Shown: positions 1-13,990 of the stretch, piece by piece
Numbering within the stretch: the stretch's first letter is position 1
Layout: every line of letters begins with the position of its first letter
NCBI RefSeq assembly: GCF_006345805.1
Contig: NC_043008.1
Coordinates: 50,840,001 to 50,904,000, forward strand
DNA from: Octopus sinensis
Taxonomy: Eukaryota
Direction: 5' to 3'
Length of the DNA: 64,000 nucleotides
Notes under the pieces: generated by a model
Seen by the model: only the letters and a program-made list of their open reading frames with translations
The model's database searches: none
Told to the model about the DNA's origin: nothing
Position numbers and translations under genes: made by a program

Positions 1-261
1 GCAAACGTTGAAGGGAATAGTTTGACAAAAGCAAACGTTGAAGGAAATAGTTTGACAAAAGCAAACGTTGAAGGGAATAGTTTGACAAAAGCAAACGTTG
101 AAGGGAATAGTGTGACAAAAGCAAACGTTGAAGGGAATAGTTTGACAAAAGCAAACGTTGAAGGAAATAGTTTGACAAAAGCAAACGTTGAAGGGAATAG
201 TGTGACAAAAGCAAACGTTGAAGGGAATAGTTTAACAAAAGCAAACGTTGAAGGGAATAGT
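1..261. repeat. 30-bp minisatellite (gcaaacgttgaagggaatagtttgacaaaa), at least 8.7 copies, truncated by the window edge
   Basis: Head-to-tail units with 1-2 substitutions and no spacers. Confidence 0.97.
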
Positions 262-1284
262 GGTCACTTACTTTGATTTCTAGATAGAAGCAAACAGGAA
301 ATAACACTAACTAAAGACAAAAAAGAAAAAATTAAAACTTTGATGCACACTTATTTTAACTAGAAAAAGGCAGACTCGCATGTTACTTACTGATTAAATG
401 TAATTTGGGAAAATATTAATAGAAAGTTAATTAATTTCTGTGTTAAGTTAGTAATCAATGTTAATATTTTGGCATTATTTGGTAGAACCAGTAGAGCGTC
501 AGACCAATATTCTTTTCGGTATTCTTTTCCGGTTTTTTCTTCTTACGTTCCAAGTTCAAATCCTGCTGAAGTCAATTTTGATTTCACGGTCGATAAATAA
601 AGTACTAGTTAACCACTAGGGAATAGACTTTCCCGCTCCTTACCGCACGAGGTAAGTAAACTGCTGTCTTTGCATGGTGGTGGTGGTAGTGGGATGTTAT
701 GGTGGCGGAGATGGTTGTGGTGGCGGCGGCGGAGGGGCTAGCGAAGAAGGTATCTTTTGTAATAACTTTCCCGCTCCTTACTTGTCTCAATATCTAGTTA
801 ACTTTTCAATGTTTACTGTTGTACAAAGGTAACACTAAAGTTCCTATTTATCTATATATATCTCCCTTTCTTGTTTCTAGTAAATACGCTACAATACTCT
901 ATACATTAACTATGTTAAAAGTGTCTTACCTATTTATCTCTCTATTTGCCTATCATCTATATTGTTTCAACACATATTTTATACTCAACATATCTTTATG
1001 CTTCCAGTATTAGACACGTTAAATACGAGAGAAGCTGAAAATTTCTTAGGCTAACCAGGATACTCTCATGGAATATAACCTAATGGAGTTTACTTTTCAA
1101 CATGGTACCCCTTATGGTACACACACTCCTTCCACCGGTTTATTCTTTATGTGGCCCAATACCAAATGATTCTTTTTGCGTGGCCCGATACCAAATGCTC
1201 CATGGCTCAATACTGGTCTGTGGTCCGATGGCTGAGAACACCAGGTGTAAATTATAGAATTTATCTGTTTCTAAACAGATATTA

Positions 1285-1513
1285 GGCGGCAAGCTGGCAG
1301 AAACGTTAGCGCGCCGTGCGAAATGCTTAGCGGTATTTCGTCTGTCATTACGTTCTGAGTTCAAATTCCGCTGAGGTCGACTTTGCCTTTCATCCTTTCG
1401 GGGTCGATTAAATAAGTACCAGTTACGCACTGGGGTCGATATAATCGACTTAATACGTTTGTCTATCCTTGTTTGTCCCCTCTATGTTTAGCCCCTTGTG
1501 GGCAGTAAAGAAA
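1285..1513 (+). mobile_element. SINE family B (GGCGGCGAGCTGGCAGAA...GTCGACTTTGCCTTTCATCCTTTCGGGGTCGAT); more than 15 copies, e.g. 3295-3512, 5925-6130, 8870-9120, 11825-12059, 14025-14385, 26868-27560, 45495-45715
   Basis: Dispersed high-identity repeat with a degenerate tRNA-like head. Confidence 0.85.
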
Positions 1514-1569
1514 TATATAGAATTTATCTGTTTCTAAGCTGATTAATGACATGTCGCTTCTTGTTCCAG

Positions 1570-1717
1570 TTGACGTATAAACTCCAGGAGATCCTCAGGA
1601 ACAATCATGTCTGCATTGCTGCAAACATCATGATTCCCCCGTTCAGTAACACCTTGGGAAAGAAACAGTCTTACGACATGATTGCTACCCGTCTTCTACG
1701 CCATCCATTGGCACGAG
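1570..1717 (+). CDS. Exon of an mGluR-like class C GPCR / ANF-receptor (Venus-flytrap) domain (LTYKLQEILRNNHVCIAANIMIPP...SYDMIATRLLRHPLAR)
   Basis: ttgttccag acceptor, G|GTAAGT donor; the CIA...SYD.I..LL..P.ARG pattern resembles mGluR ligand-binding domains; splices in phase to 4710. Confidence 0.75.
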
Positions 1718-1817
1718 GTAAGTAGGTTGCTGTCTTTGCATGGTGGTGGAGTGTTATGGTGGAGGAGATGGTTGTGGTGGCGGCGGCGGGGTTGGCGGTG
1801 AAGGTAGCTTTTGCAAT

Positions 1818-2200
1818 GGAAGCACTCCGTCGGTTACGACGACGAGGGTTCCGGTTGATCCGAATCAACGGAACAGCCTGCTCGTGAAATTAACGTGTAA
1901 GTGGCTGAGCACTCCACAGACACGTGTACCCTTAACGTAGTATCTTGGGGATATTCAGCGTGACACAGAGAGTGACAAGGCCGGCCCCTTGAAATACAGG
2001 TACAACAGAAACAGGAAGTAAGAGTGAGAGAATGTTGTGGTGAAAGAGTACAGCAGGGATCACCACCATCCCCTGCCGGAGCCTCGTGGAGCTTTAGGCG
2101 TTTTCGCTCAATAAACACTCACAACGCCCGGTCTGGGAATCGAAACCGCGATCCTATGACCGCGAGTCCGCTGCCCTAACCACTGGGCCATTGCGCCTCC
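1818..2200 (-). mobile_element. tRNA-derived SINE, family A (GGAGGCGCAATGGCCCAGTGGTTAGGGCAGCGGAC head); other copies at 6200-6470, 16764-17146, 20250-20547, 54570-54900
   Basis: A/B-box tRNA-like head; TSD agcttttg(c/t)aat at 1806-1817 and 2201-2212; the 16764 copy has a 13-bp TSD aggtgttattatg. Confidence 0.88.
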
Positions 2201-4140
2201 AGCTTTTGTAATAACGACGTAAGGTCAGAAATCGTTACGGGTTGATTCATTGAATCTACCCCGATTATGTCTGGCATTTACGTTATGTACCCCGCTAATA
2301 CTTTCCACTATAAGCACAAAACCTGGATTTTAGGGAGGGGAATAGACGATTACATCGACCTCGGCGTCCAGATGATACTTATTTTATAGATCGAAATGAT
2401 AAAAGGCAAAGTCGACCTCGGCGGAATTTGAACTCAGAACGTTAAGCCGGAAGAAATGCCGCTAAGCATTTCATCGGGCATGCTAACGAGTCTGACAGCT
2501 CACAGCTTTTAATATATACTAGCAGAACCGGTGAATATTTCAAGGAATTAATGGTAAACTTATTGGGTTATTTCTGAAAACTTTATCCAAAAAAACTGAA
2601 AGCGTAGCCTGTGTTGTGTCTGTATCAAAATATAGTCGCTCATCTGCAAATCATTGAAAAGTGAAAGAAACTGGAATACGATGATTATTTAATGCACTTT
2701 ATATATACACTCTATAGACTTTATGCACAATTTTATAGACTTAATACACAGCACTCATGAAATAAATATTCACTCCAATTTTTCCATTTTTACCATAAGC
2801 AAAAAATATTTCGTACATATGATACAATCTTTAGTTAAATTGCATATGTCTACCGCGTAAATAAGCTTGAATATTAGTTCAATTAAAAAAAATACACTTC
2901 TCACTATCCAATCCCCACCGCCACCTCCACCACCTCCATCTCCACCACCACCACCAGCACCACCATCATCATCATCTCTCTCTCTCTCTCCCCTCTCTCT
3001 TTCCCTCCTCTTTCTCTCCCTTTTTTAACCGCGTAATAAATATTACGTTCCCCTACCACGCTTCTCTCTCCCTCTTTTTCTCTCTCCCACTTTTTCTCTT
3101 ACCCTCTTTTTCTCTCTCCATCTCCTTCTCTCTCTCCCCTCTTTTCTTTCTCCCTCTTTTTCTCTAATCACGTGAATGCGTTAGCGACGGGCTAAGTAAC
3201 GGAACGACAAGCAGAATTATTATAAGACGTGTGTGTGCGTGTGTGTGCGTGTGTACTTATATTTATATACACTAATAATTAGAATATATATTTCTTTACT
3301 ATCCACAAGGGACTAAACACAGAGGGGACAAACAAGGACAAACAAAGCGATAAAGTCGATTATATCGATCCCAGTACGCACTGGTACTTAATTTATCGAC
3401 CCCGAAAGGATGAAAGTCGACCTCGGCGGAATTTGAACTTACAACGTAACGGCAGACGAAATACGGCTACGCATTTCGCCCGGCGTGCTAACGATTCTGC
3501 CAGCTCGCCGCCTTAATAATTAGAATACAATTAACCTGATAGCATAAGCGTTTCGAACTATTAATTAAAATATTCCGACAGTCATTGATACACATCGCAT
3601 AAGTTCCTCAAATTTCGAGAGACTTTCTGTATTCAGCGGCATCAAAGACAATGGTATATCTCAGAAAGGTTTCGAAAGATCTGTAGAACATCTTGTATTC
3701 CAAGACTTCACAGATATGGTACATCTCGAACAAGCTTCTATGGAATATTCTATGAAACATCTTTTATCCTTTGCCATGCTGGGGCAGCGCCATGAATTTT
3801 TAGTCGAATGAAATAACCCAAGGACTTGTGTTTTAAGCCTGGTACTTGTTCTATCGATTTTTTATGTCGAACTGCTAAGTTACGGCGACGTAAACACACC
3901 AACATCTGTTGTCAAGTTAATTTCACAAGCAGGTTGTTTCGTTGATCGGATCAACTGGAGCCCTCGTCGTCATAACCGATGGGGTGCCAGCAAGGAAGGG
4001 ATGGTCCCGACTGGAAGGCCTTATTTCATAAGTTTACTGAATCAAGGCTGGCTGAGGTGTACACATCAACAACAACAACAATCAGTACATGTAAGTCAAC
4101 GTGTATTTATTCTCCGTTCATACACACAGATACACATACT

Positions 4141-4172
<32 letters not shown>

Positions 4173-4604
4173 TACACTCTCTCTCACTTTAACTCTCTCC
4201 CGTTTCTTCTACCCCTCTCTCTCTTACACGCACACACACTCTCACTCTCTCTCTTACACACACACACACTCTCACTCTCTCTCTTACACACACACACACT
4301 CTCACTCTCTCTAACTCTCTCTCCCTTTCTTTCTCTCTCTCTCCCTTACGTACACACGTACTCTCTCTTTAACTCCCTCTTACTCTCCCCCTCTATCTCA
4401 CTCTCTCTTACACACACTCTCTCTCTCTCCTTCTCTTACTCCCCCTCTCTCTCTTACACACACACACACTCTCTCTTACTCTCTAACTCTCTTTTCCTCT
4501 CCCTTTCTTTCTCTCTCTCTCTCTCTCTCTCTTACGCACACACACTCTCTCTCTCCAACTCACTGTCCCTCTCCCCCTCTATCTTACTTATCTTACTCTC
4601 TCCC

Positions 4605-4663
<59 letters not shown>

Positions 4664-4709
4664 AAGTGTTTCCGGTGTTTCTCAATTTGTTTTCTCGTAC
4701 AACCACCAG

Positions 4710-4849
4710 GTGTCCTCATAGTAACGGAATCTGACGAGACTGCGGCGGCGATCATTGCCGGTGTGAAGCGCCAGGGAGGAAGTCGAAGAATCGCGTTTCT
4801 TGGAATTGGTTGGGGAAAGAATATCAAATATTCAGGTATTGAAAACGAG
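4710..4849 (+). CDS. Next exon of the mGluR-like domain (GVLIVTESDETAAAIIAGVKRQGGSRRIAFLGIGWGKNIKYSGIENE)
   Basis: ccaccag acceptor, GAG|GTGAGT donor, 140 nt; resembles the mGluR motif GVV.F...ARRIL.AAKR...W..SDGWGK. Confidence 0.75.
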
Positions 4850-5095
4850 GTGAGTTTGTATTCTGATCCCTTCAGTTCCTCACTTTTCTCCCTCTCTCTC
4901 TTCATCTCTCTATCCCACCCTCCCTCTTTCTCCCTTTTTCTCCTTCCCTCTCTCAATCTCTCTCTCTCTCCCTCTTTCTCTCTCTTTTCTCCCTCTCTCT
5001 CTCTTCATCTCTCTTTCCCTCTTTCCCTCTTTCTCTCTCTCTCTTTTCTCCCTCTCTCTCCCACCCTCCCTTTTTCTCCCTTTTTCTCCTTCCCT

Positions 5096-5129
<34 letters not shown>

Positions 5130-5130
5130 C

Positions 5131-5178
<48 letters not shown>

Positions 5179-5179
5179 A

Positions 5180-5240
<61 letters not shown>

Positions 5241-5424
5241 ACTCACCTGAGAAAAGCATAAAGAGTCAGAAATCCATCTAGGGGTCCAATAGATGGCGCT
5301 CCTATGCTGAAAATGGTACATTTGCACTTTTACCATAAGTGGGAATTTTTTTTCTGCACGACAATCTACAGAAAGATAATTTTTAGAAGTTAAAATATGT
5401 CACAAACATATTTGGACTAACCTA

Positions 5425-5512
<88 letters not shown>

Positions 5513-8500
5513 TGGATTCTTGTCTTGTAGATGACGGATAAGGGTGTCTGCAATTTCTTGCTAAACAGATTATTCGTTTATAGTGATCAAATGTTTGTGC
5601 AAAGCTCACTCCCTCCATCAAAATCGACGTCCCTCGTACGGTGTGGTGCAGGTCAGGGGTCGAAGTGATCGCAAAGTAACGTGAGAGGAAGCGTTTATCT
5701 CAAGAACACAACGCACCACTTGTACCGGGGATCGAATCCCGCAATCGGCAGTACAAAACACACACGCACACACACACACACACATGCTCTCATACACACA
5801 CACGCACATATACAACTCAAAGGTGATAATGCCATATAGACATACAAGTAATATGTGACGTAGGACATCACGTGTTACATGTAAGTAAATATCAGATTAC
5901 CTGAACGAGTCAATTATTCTTTTCTACTCTGGACACAAGGCCCAAAATTTTGGGGGGAGGTGGCCACTCGATTAGATCGACTCCAGTACGCAACTTGTAC
6001 TTAATTTATCGACCCCGAAAGGATGAAAGGCAATGTCGACCTCGGCAGAATTTGAACTCAGAACGTAGAGACAGGCAACATTCCGCTAAGCATTTCACCC
6101 GACCTGTTAACGTTTCTGCCAGCTCGCCACCTTGTTGTTGTTTATTTCATCCTTTAGGAGGAACGGTTGTTTGTTCCTTCTCGAGTCACGCTTGGCTCTT
6201 AAGGGCCGGTTTCCCGGTTTCCTTGGCGTATAGGTTCCCCACCTGGACGGGACGCCAGTCCGTCGCAGGTGAGCTGCAAGATGCAGGAGGAAAGAGTGAG
6301 AGAAAGTTGTGGCGAAAGAGTCAGCAGAAGTTCGCCATTACCTTCTGCCGGAGCCGCGTGGAGCTTAGGTGTTTCGCTCATAAACACACATATCACCCGG
6401 TCTGAGATTCGAAACCGCAATCCCACGACCGCGAGTCCACTGCTCTAACTACTAGGCCATGTGCCTCCACGCTCGCTGCCTTACAAGTCTATGAATAATG
6501 AATGAATAAGATTTAACCAAAGTAGAAAAGACCAGAGAATATCTTTGTTATTTCAATAAAATTCAAATGGAGGCGGTAAGCTAGCAGGAACGGTACCGCA
6601 CTGGGAAAAAATCCTAACCACATTTAGTCCTTCTTTATGCTCGAAGTCCAAATAACCCTGGAGTAGACTTTGTCTTGCATTCATTTTGGGGTCAATAAAA
6701 TAAGTACCTGTTACATATTGGGGTCGTTGTACTCGACTTGGCTGTGTGGTAAGTAGCTTGCTTACCAACTACATGGTTCCGGGTTCAGTCCCACTGCGTG
6801 GCACCTTGGGCAAGTGTGTTCCACTGTAGCTTCTTGCTGACCAAAGCCTTGTGAGTGGATTTGCTAGACGGAAACTGAAAGAAGCCTGTCGTATATATAT
6901 ATATGTGTGTGTGTACGTGTGCGTGTGTACGTGTGTGTGTGGTGTGTGTACGTGTGTGTGTGTGTGTGTCTTTGTCCCCCCAACATCGATTGACAACCGA
7001 TGCTGGTGTGTTTACGTCCCCGTCACTTAGCGGTTCGGCAAGAGAGTCCGATAGAATAAGTACTAGGCTTACAAAGAATAAGTGCTGGTGTCGATTTGCT
7101 CGACTAAAGGCGGTGCTCCAGCATGGCCGCACTCAAATAACTGAAACAAATCAAAGAATATAAGAATACCCTGAAATTTCTGGCATTGTTCCCAAAATTC
7201 TGAATGAAGATAAATCAAAAGAAAGGCGGTCCCGTGAAAGAAATAATAGTTTATTTAAAGCTCTTTTCATTCCGCGTTGAAACGACGTTAACTTTATTTT
7301 TCAGCTTTTGAAGTCGATAGAATTACGGTATTAGTTGAATATTGAAATCGAGATGGTCGATTGTAAATCTCCTCCAAATTTGATGCGTTTTGACAATAAG
7401 TAATCAATACAAACTCAACGTTGATGATGAGATAGAATTTAAAACCAAATTTGTTTGGTTTTTTTTTGCTCGCTTATTTTTTCTTTCTTTTTTTTTCCTT
7501 TGGTTTTGGATAATTATTTTTAACTTCTCTGGGTTTTCTAGTTTTAAAAGCTTAATTGATATAGAAATGTTTTCAAAAAACATGAAATTGGTGAAGATCA
7601 AATTTTAAAAAAATAAAATTTTTTTTACGAAAAAATAAATTTAAATTTATATTTTCAATTTGAATATTTTTATTTTTAAAAACATAATAATTGGAAATAT
7701 TACTTTTAAACAACTTAAATTTGTATTTTATTCAATTAATTTTTATGTTAATTTCAATTTGAGTTAAAATTTACGAAGTTCGATTTCAAAATTGTTTCTC
7801 TTGTTTTCGGAATAATAATTTTTCATTTTCATTTTTTTTTTTGTCAATTTAAAATTTCGAATTAAATTTTAATAAACTGGAAAACACTAAAGAGAAATTT
7901 ATTGAAATTCATCATTCCAAGCGATAACATAAACGCAAATATGACAAAAGCGGTAGAGCAACTTACAAAACTCTATATCAGTCTTTAAACCTTAAACCCA
8001 AACCCTAAACCCTAACACTAAGCCTTGGGACTTAAGCCTAACCCTGACCCTAAAGCCTTATCCATAATCTAGATAAAAAAGAGGACTATGTAAACCAAAG
8101 AGGGGGTGCCTTTGTGTGGTTATTCAAGTTGCTAGGAATAGCAGCTGAATCTTCCTCAACTCACATACTACCATCTTATTACCAGATGCATTGGATAACC
8201 TAGCCTAGTTACATTATGTCTAAAAATAATTTGAGATGGTCACAGCCTTAACGTCTTTTATCATAGTGTTTTCTCAGGCTGATCTTGTGTCGAGCAACAG
8301 TATACCTTTCGCCCTCATCACGAAGTGCTTTCTGATATTTAGTAAGGAATGTTATTTATTCTTAGTTCAAATCCTGCTAGAGTAAATTTTGCTCCTTTCT
8401 CGAGGTCAACCGGTCTTAATATCTTTTTTTTTTCTTCTTTAAGACGAGTGACCTTTTGCTTGTCTTAGATTCTGAGGCCAGTCAATTCTAAGATTGACAG

Positions 8501-9196
8501 AATCGGCAGAGCGTTGGATAAGGTGTCTGACATTATTTAGTCACGTCTTTCTATCTATGTTTCTGAGTTAAAATCACGCAAAGGATAAATTCGCTTTTCA
8601 TCTTTCCAGGACGTACGGTGTTATGCATGATTAAAGGAGACTAGATGCTGTTGAGTAAATCATCTCTGAAAAACAGGAGTGTTTCGTTCATCATCCTTAA
8701 ACAACCCTTATTTAGGAACCTTTTGAGCGGGATGAACTACTCGACCTGAAAAAAGTTCTAACTGGGTCCCACCTACAAGGTCATGCGTTGTTTATCTTTA
8801 TATGAGATCACCATATTGCGCGCATACAGGATGCACGTGCCTTGTACCCTTAACAGATGAGTAGTGTTATTTATTTATTGCCCAAAGGGGGCTAAACATA
8901 GAGGGGACAAACAAGAACAGCCAAAGGGATTAAATCGATTACATAGACCCCAATGCGTAACTAGTACTTATTTAATCAACCACCCCGAAAGGATGAAAGG
9001 CAAAGTCAACCTCGGCGGAATTTGAACTCAGACGAAATACCGGCAGACGAAATACGGTAGGTGAACTACTGCTAAGCATTTCGCCCGACGTGCTAACAAT
9101 TCTGCCAGCTCACCGCCCTGGAGTCTTGATGGGTATATTGATCTTCGTATATTGTTTCTCAGTGTCACTTTGCTGGCATGCACTGCTCTCCCAATC

Positions 9197-9240
<44 letters not shown>

Positions 9241-9243
<3 letters not shown>

Positions 9244-9565
9244 TACCAGCAGATGACAACGTTTCTCTAAAAGAAATGGAGGAACTTTCAAAATACAAAG
9301 ACCTGGAAATAGAAGTAACTCGAATGTGGAATCTAAAAACAAACAATTCCTATCATAGTGGGTGCATTAGGTATGATAAAAAATATTTAGACAATTATAT
9401 ATCAAAAACACCAGGTCTTACAAATGTATATAACAAATAGAAAATTTCACTACTGGGCACTGCACACATCCTATGCAAAACACGTTCAATACCATAAGAG
9501 CATCACAGCAAACCACAGCACATATCCAAGGCACACAGAGCTGCGCTCGGTAGTGCAGTGAAAGA
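9241..9565 (+). mobile_element. R4/Dong-like non-LTR element, 3' fragment (restriction-like endonuclease), inside (AAT)n
   Basis: IPADDNVSLKEMEELSKYKDLEIEVTRMW...GALG...QKISLLGTAHIL; flanked on both sides by (AAT)n. Confidence 0.75.
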
Positions 9566-10295
9566 TAATAATAATAATAATATAATAATAATAATAATAT
9601 AATAATAATAATAATAATAATAGTAGTAATAGTAATAATAAACCTTCATGGGTACAGCCCATATACTACGGAAAGCTCTCTCCATCTAAAATGGAGTAAA
9701 TGTGGTGATTATTTTAGCATGCATAGCAAAACAAAAGTGCCTTTGCTACTCTTGGCCTCTAGAAGATGTCTGGTACTAAGGTAGCTGAAATAAAGTTATA
9801 ATGGAAAGAAACTATTAATATAATAATAATAATAATAATAAGGCGAGCTGACAAATCGTTGGTACGCCGGACAAAACCCTGAGCGGCATTTATTCCGGAT
9901 CTCTCTGTTTAGTGTTAAAATTCCGCAGAGATTGACTTTGCCTTTCATCCTTTCGGGGTCAATTAAATAAGTGTAAGTTGCACACTGGCGTCGATTTAAC
10001 CGACTTAAATCCTCCCCAAAAGTTTCAGCCCTTGTGCCTCTAACAGAATGGACTATTAGAAATATATGTTGTTTTAGTCAGCTAGTACATGGAGTCTCCA
10101 GCAAAATTTGCTGATCAGGCATCTTGTAGCGGAGGGGATAGTGGTGTGGTGGTGGTGGTGATAGGAGGGGAAGGTGTTTTGTGACTTTGGTACAAGGCAT
10201 CAGTAGAGACCTTACACACACACACACACACACACACACAAAACCCTCGGTCAATAGGCTTAGTTGATAATCATTAGCAATTGTCGTAGTTCCTC

Positions 10296-10397
<102 letters not shown>

Positions 10398-10418
10398 TAA
10401 ATATATATATATAGATGT

Positions 10419-10476
<58 letters not shown>

Positions 10477-10585
10477 ATGTATGTATGTATATGTATAAAT
10501 TACATATAATGCACACAGCATTAACAGACACACACATACAACAAAGTTATATGCACTTAGCTATATATGCGCGCGTGCATGTGCG

Positions 10586-10655
<70 letters not shown>

Positions 10656-11364
10656 GTATGTGTGTGTGTAAAAATGACATCAAGCTGTGTTGACAATATG
10701 GTGAGAATCAAAGATAAGAAGTGGGTGAAGAGCTCGCTAAAATGGCGGTCGTTTGATAAACAATGACATAGCTAGGTCAAGGGAACATGGCGGAAGGAGA
10801 AGGGGGAGACAAACTAATTAAGACTAAAAAAATCCTTACACTTTGTCTAATACACCACACACCATATCTTTCCCTCTCTGTCGCTCTCTCTTTCTCTCGC
10901 TATACATAGAAAGACATACATAATTGTACGTATATGTGTGTGTGAGTATGTATGTATATATATATATATATATATGGTTGTGTGTGTGTGTATATGCGTA
11001 TATCTGTATTATGAGAGGTTTAATTATTGGTTCATCCAGTATTTTTTCGTATGCGAGAAACGTATATTAAAATTATTTCATTTCTTTTTCTTTTAGCTCT
11101 TTTGCACACACACGTGTAGACGTACTCATATGTGAATTTATGTGTGTCCGAGTGTACTTGTGTGCGTATGTGTGTATGTGTGTGTATGTATGTGTGAGTG
11201 TATGAATCTGTGTGTGTGTCTGTATGCTTGTCTGTATGTGTTTCCAGGTTTATATCAGACACTGTCACCCTCAGATTTTGGTAACCTGTCCTTGACACTT
11301 ACAAATTTAACTTTACTACTACATATTTATATGCATGTGTATATGTGTGCAACCGATGTGTGTG

Positions 11365-11396
<32 letters not shown>

Positions 11397-11402
11397 ATAT
11401 AT

Positions 11403-11453
<51 letters not shown>

Positions 11454-11522
11454 CTATGTAGGTACTATGTGTATGTATATATATATAAACAATAATAAAT
11501 CTCTAAGCGAAAATACTTCACG

Positions 11523-11561
<39 letters not shown>

Positions 11562-12100
11562 TCAAAAGAAAAACAGGATGCAAAGGATTTAGCGGTACAT
11601 ATGTTTCCGGCTTTATTAGACGGTTTATATCAATGCATAATTGATGTAATATGTATGTCAATAGCCTTCTTCAGCCGCGCACAGTTACCACACCAAAGAC
11701 ATGTATTACATTATAAGTTTGGGAAGCAAATCCTCATAGTCGCATACAGCAGAGCGAGACACCAAAACAAAAAAAAACAAAAACAAAGCGTCCATACCGC
11801 CTTTCACTCGATATATATATATATATTTCTTTACTACCCACAAGGGGCTAAACACAGAGGAGACAAACAAGGACAGACAAACGGATTAAGTCGATTACAT
11901 CGACCCCAGTGCGTAACTGGTACTTAATTTATCGACCCCCGGAAGGATGAAAGGCAAAGTCGACCTCGGCGGAATTTGAACACGGAACGTAAAACGGCAG
12001 ACGAAATACGGCACGCAACGCATTTCGCCCGGCATGCTAACGTTTCTGCCAGCTCGCCGATATATATTATATATATAATATATATATATATATATAATAT

Positions 12101-12251
<151 letters not shown>

Positions 12252-12748
12252 GCACATTATATATATATATGCACATATATTATATATATGCACATATATA
12301 TATATATGCATACACATACATAGATGTAAATATATATATATATATATATATATTCTTTTACTTGGTTCAATCATTTGACTGCGGCCATGCTGGAGCACCG
12401 ACTTTAGTCGAGCAAATCGACCCCAGGACTTAATCTTTGTAAGCCTAGTATTTATTCTATCGGTCTGTTTTGCCGAATATATGTTGGTAAATGCTTAGGT
12501 TTGCGAAAAATCCCAATAAAGACGGTAGTGTTAAAAAACACAATATACCCCATAGCTAGGGGAAATGAAACGGACCCTTAAGGGATCGAGAACAACAGAT
12601 GCCCCTTTTTTTTATTGCTCATCAGTGCTGTATACTCGTCCAGCTTCCGAAGCGAATAGCCAGCTGCTATATGTCTTTAAATAGATCTCTCCTAGATGTA
12701 GTGCTGCAGTGCTTTCATTTTTTTTGTTAATCACTCATTCTCATTTAA

Positions 12749-13146
12749 TCTTTATATATAAAAGTGAGGTTGTGTGCTGTCTGTCTCCTACGATTTAGAT
12801 TCCTAACTACTCCCACAGTTTGCGGTGCAGTTTAACCAGAAGTGGGTATCTTATAGTCGTGATTCATATCGAGCCCTTCTGGGTATTAGCGCGCGTCTAC
12901 GATGAGTCTACGATTTTTAAAAAAAATTTACCATCAATTTTTCCCATTTTTTATGCATTTTTGGCATATATAAGGGAAGTAACTCTCTAAAAATTTATTA
13001 TTAAATCTCAGAACGTAAAAAGCTACAGTAACACCCCTCCCCTTGTGGTTAGACATATTGAGATGGCTATTATACTTTACATCTCTAAAAATGCTTATAT
13101 AGTTATTTCCCTTACAAACCCGAGCAACGCCGGGCGATACTGCTAG
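12749..13146 (+). mobile_element. Non-autonomous Helitron
   Basis: A|TC start, CTAG|T end, subterminal hairpin CCCG-AGCAACGC-CGGG. Confidence 0.85.
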
Positions 13147-13283
13147 TTGTATATATTTTAATCATTTGTTTATTCATACGTTTCGTCTCATTCGATACCC
13201 TGACCCCAATTTGTTTTGTCTGTCCCCGTATTGTCCCCTCTTTTTCTCAACCTTATAGTGAATAAAGAAATTCTCTCTTTTTC

Positions 13284-13422
<139 letters not shown>

Positions 13423-13429
13423 GATCTAG

Positions 13430-13990
13430 TTTCCTTGATCTACACAGACGTTCCTCCAATATTCTCCGTTCTCCAATGCTGACTTCAAAACAGGGTCTAA
13501 CAGACCGCTGTCGATCACTAGTCGGTCAACATATATTGTAGCCGGACGGTCTCTACACCTGTAGCCATGCGTTTGTTACCAAGGAAACACAATCTTGATG
13601 TATTCGTTCTTGGCTCGGTAGTAGTGACCAGCAAAACGACAGCTACAAGCGTCACACATATACGTTAAGCATGCTTACATTACTGAGCTGCTTCTTACTC
13701 AAAGTCTGAATTTTTTTCTGCTTGTGCGATACTGTTGCACATCAGTAAATACATTTTACACAATTTGAACCTACTTCTAGCTGCTGATGCAATTTCGTTT
13801 CGGAAGCGGACGAGTATATGGAACTAATGGGTAGAAAATGTTGCGCATTGCCGATATCTTTTCTGCTCGTTCACTACTGGGGAGGTTTCGTTTCGCCTAT
13901 CTTTGAAATGTATTTAGATTTTCAACGCTGTCTGTCTTTAAGGCGACCTCTCCCAAATGTAATACCACGGTTACAGGCGTTTAAAAACTC
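13430..13990 (-). mobile_element. Degenerate RTE-like LINE 3' end
   Basis: Stop-ridden frame RFAGHYYRAK...GYRCRDRPATIYVDRL..DSGL...ALENGEYWR resembles RTE C-termini. Confidence 0.55.

Noticed and set aside
1-261. CRISPR-like 30-bp repeats
   Set aside because: Units are contiguous with no unique spacers, and the context is eukaryotic
2130-2200. tRNA genes suggested by A/B-box sequences (also near 17100, 20500, 42130, 54580, 57500)
   Set aside because: They are SINE heads fused to repeat bodies, with no complete cloverleaf or acceptor stem
3570-3810. Open frame NIPTVIDTHRISS...FERSVEHLVFQDFTDM between the two mGluR-like exons
   Set aside because: No donor in a compatible phase, and exons 1570-1717 and 4710-4849 already join seamlessly
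4730-4800. CTGACGA-GACT...AGTC-GAAG hammerhead look-alike
   Set aside because: Lacks GAAA and stem I, and lies within a well-supported coding exon
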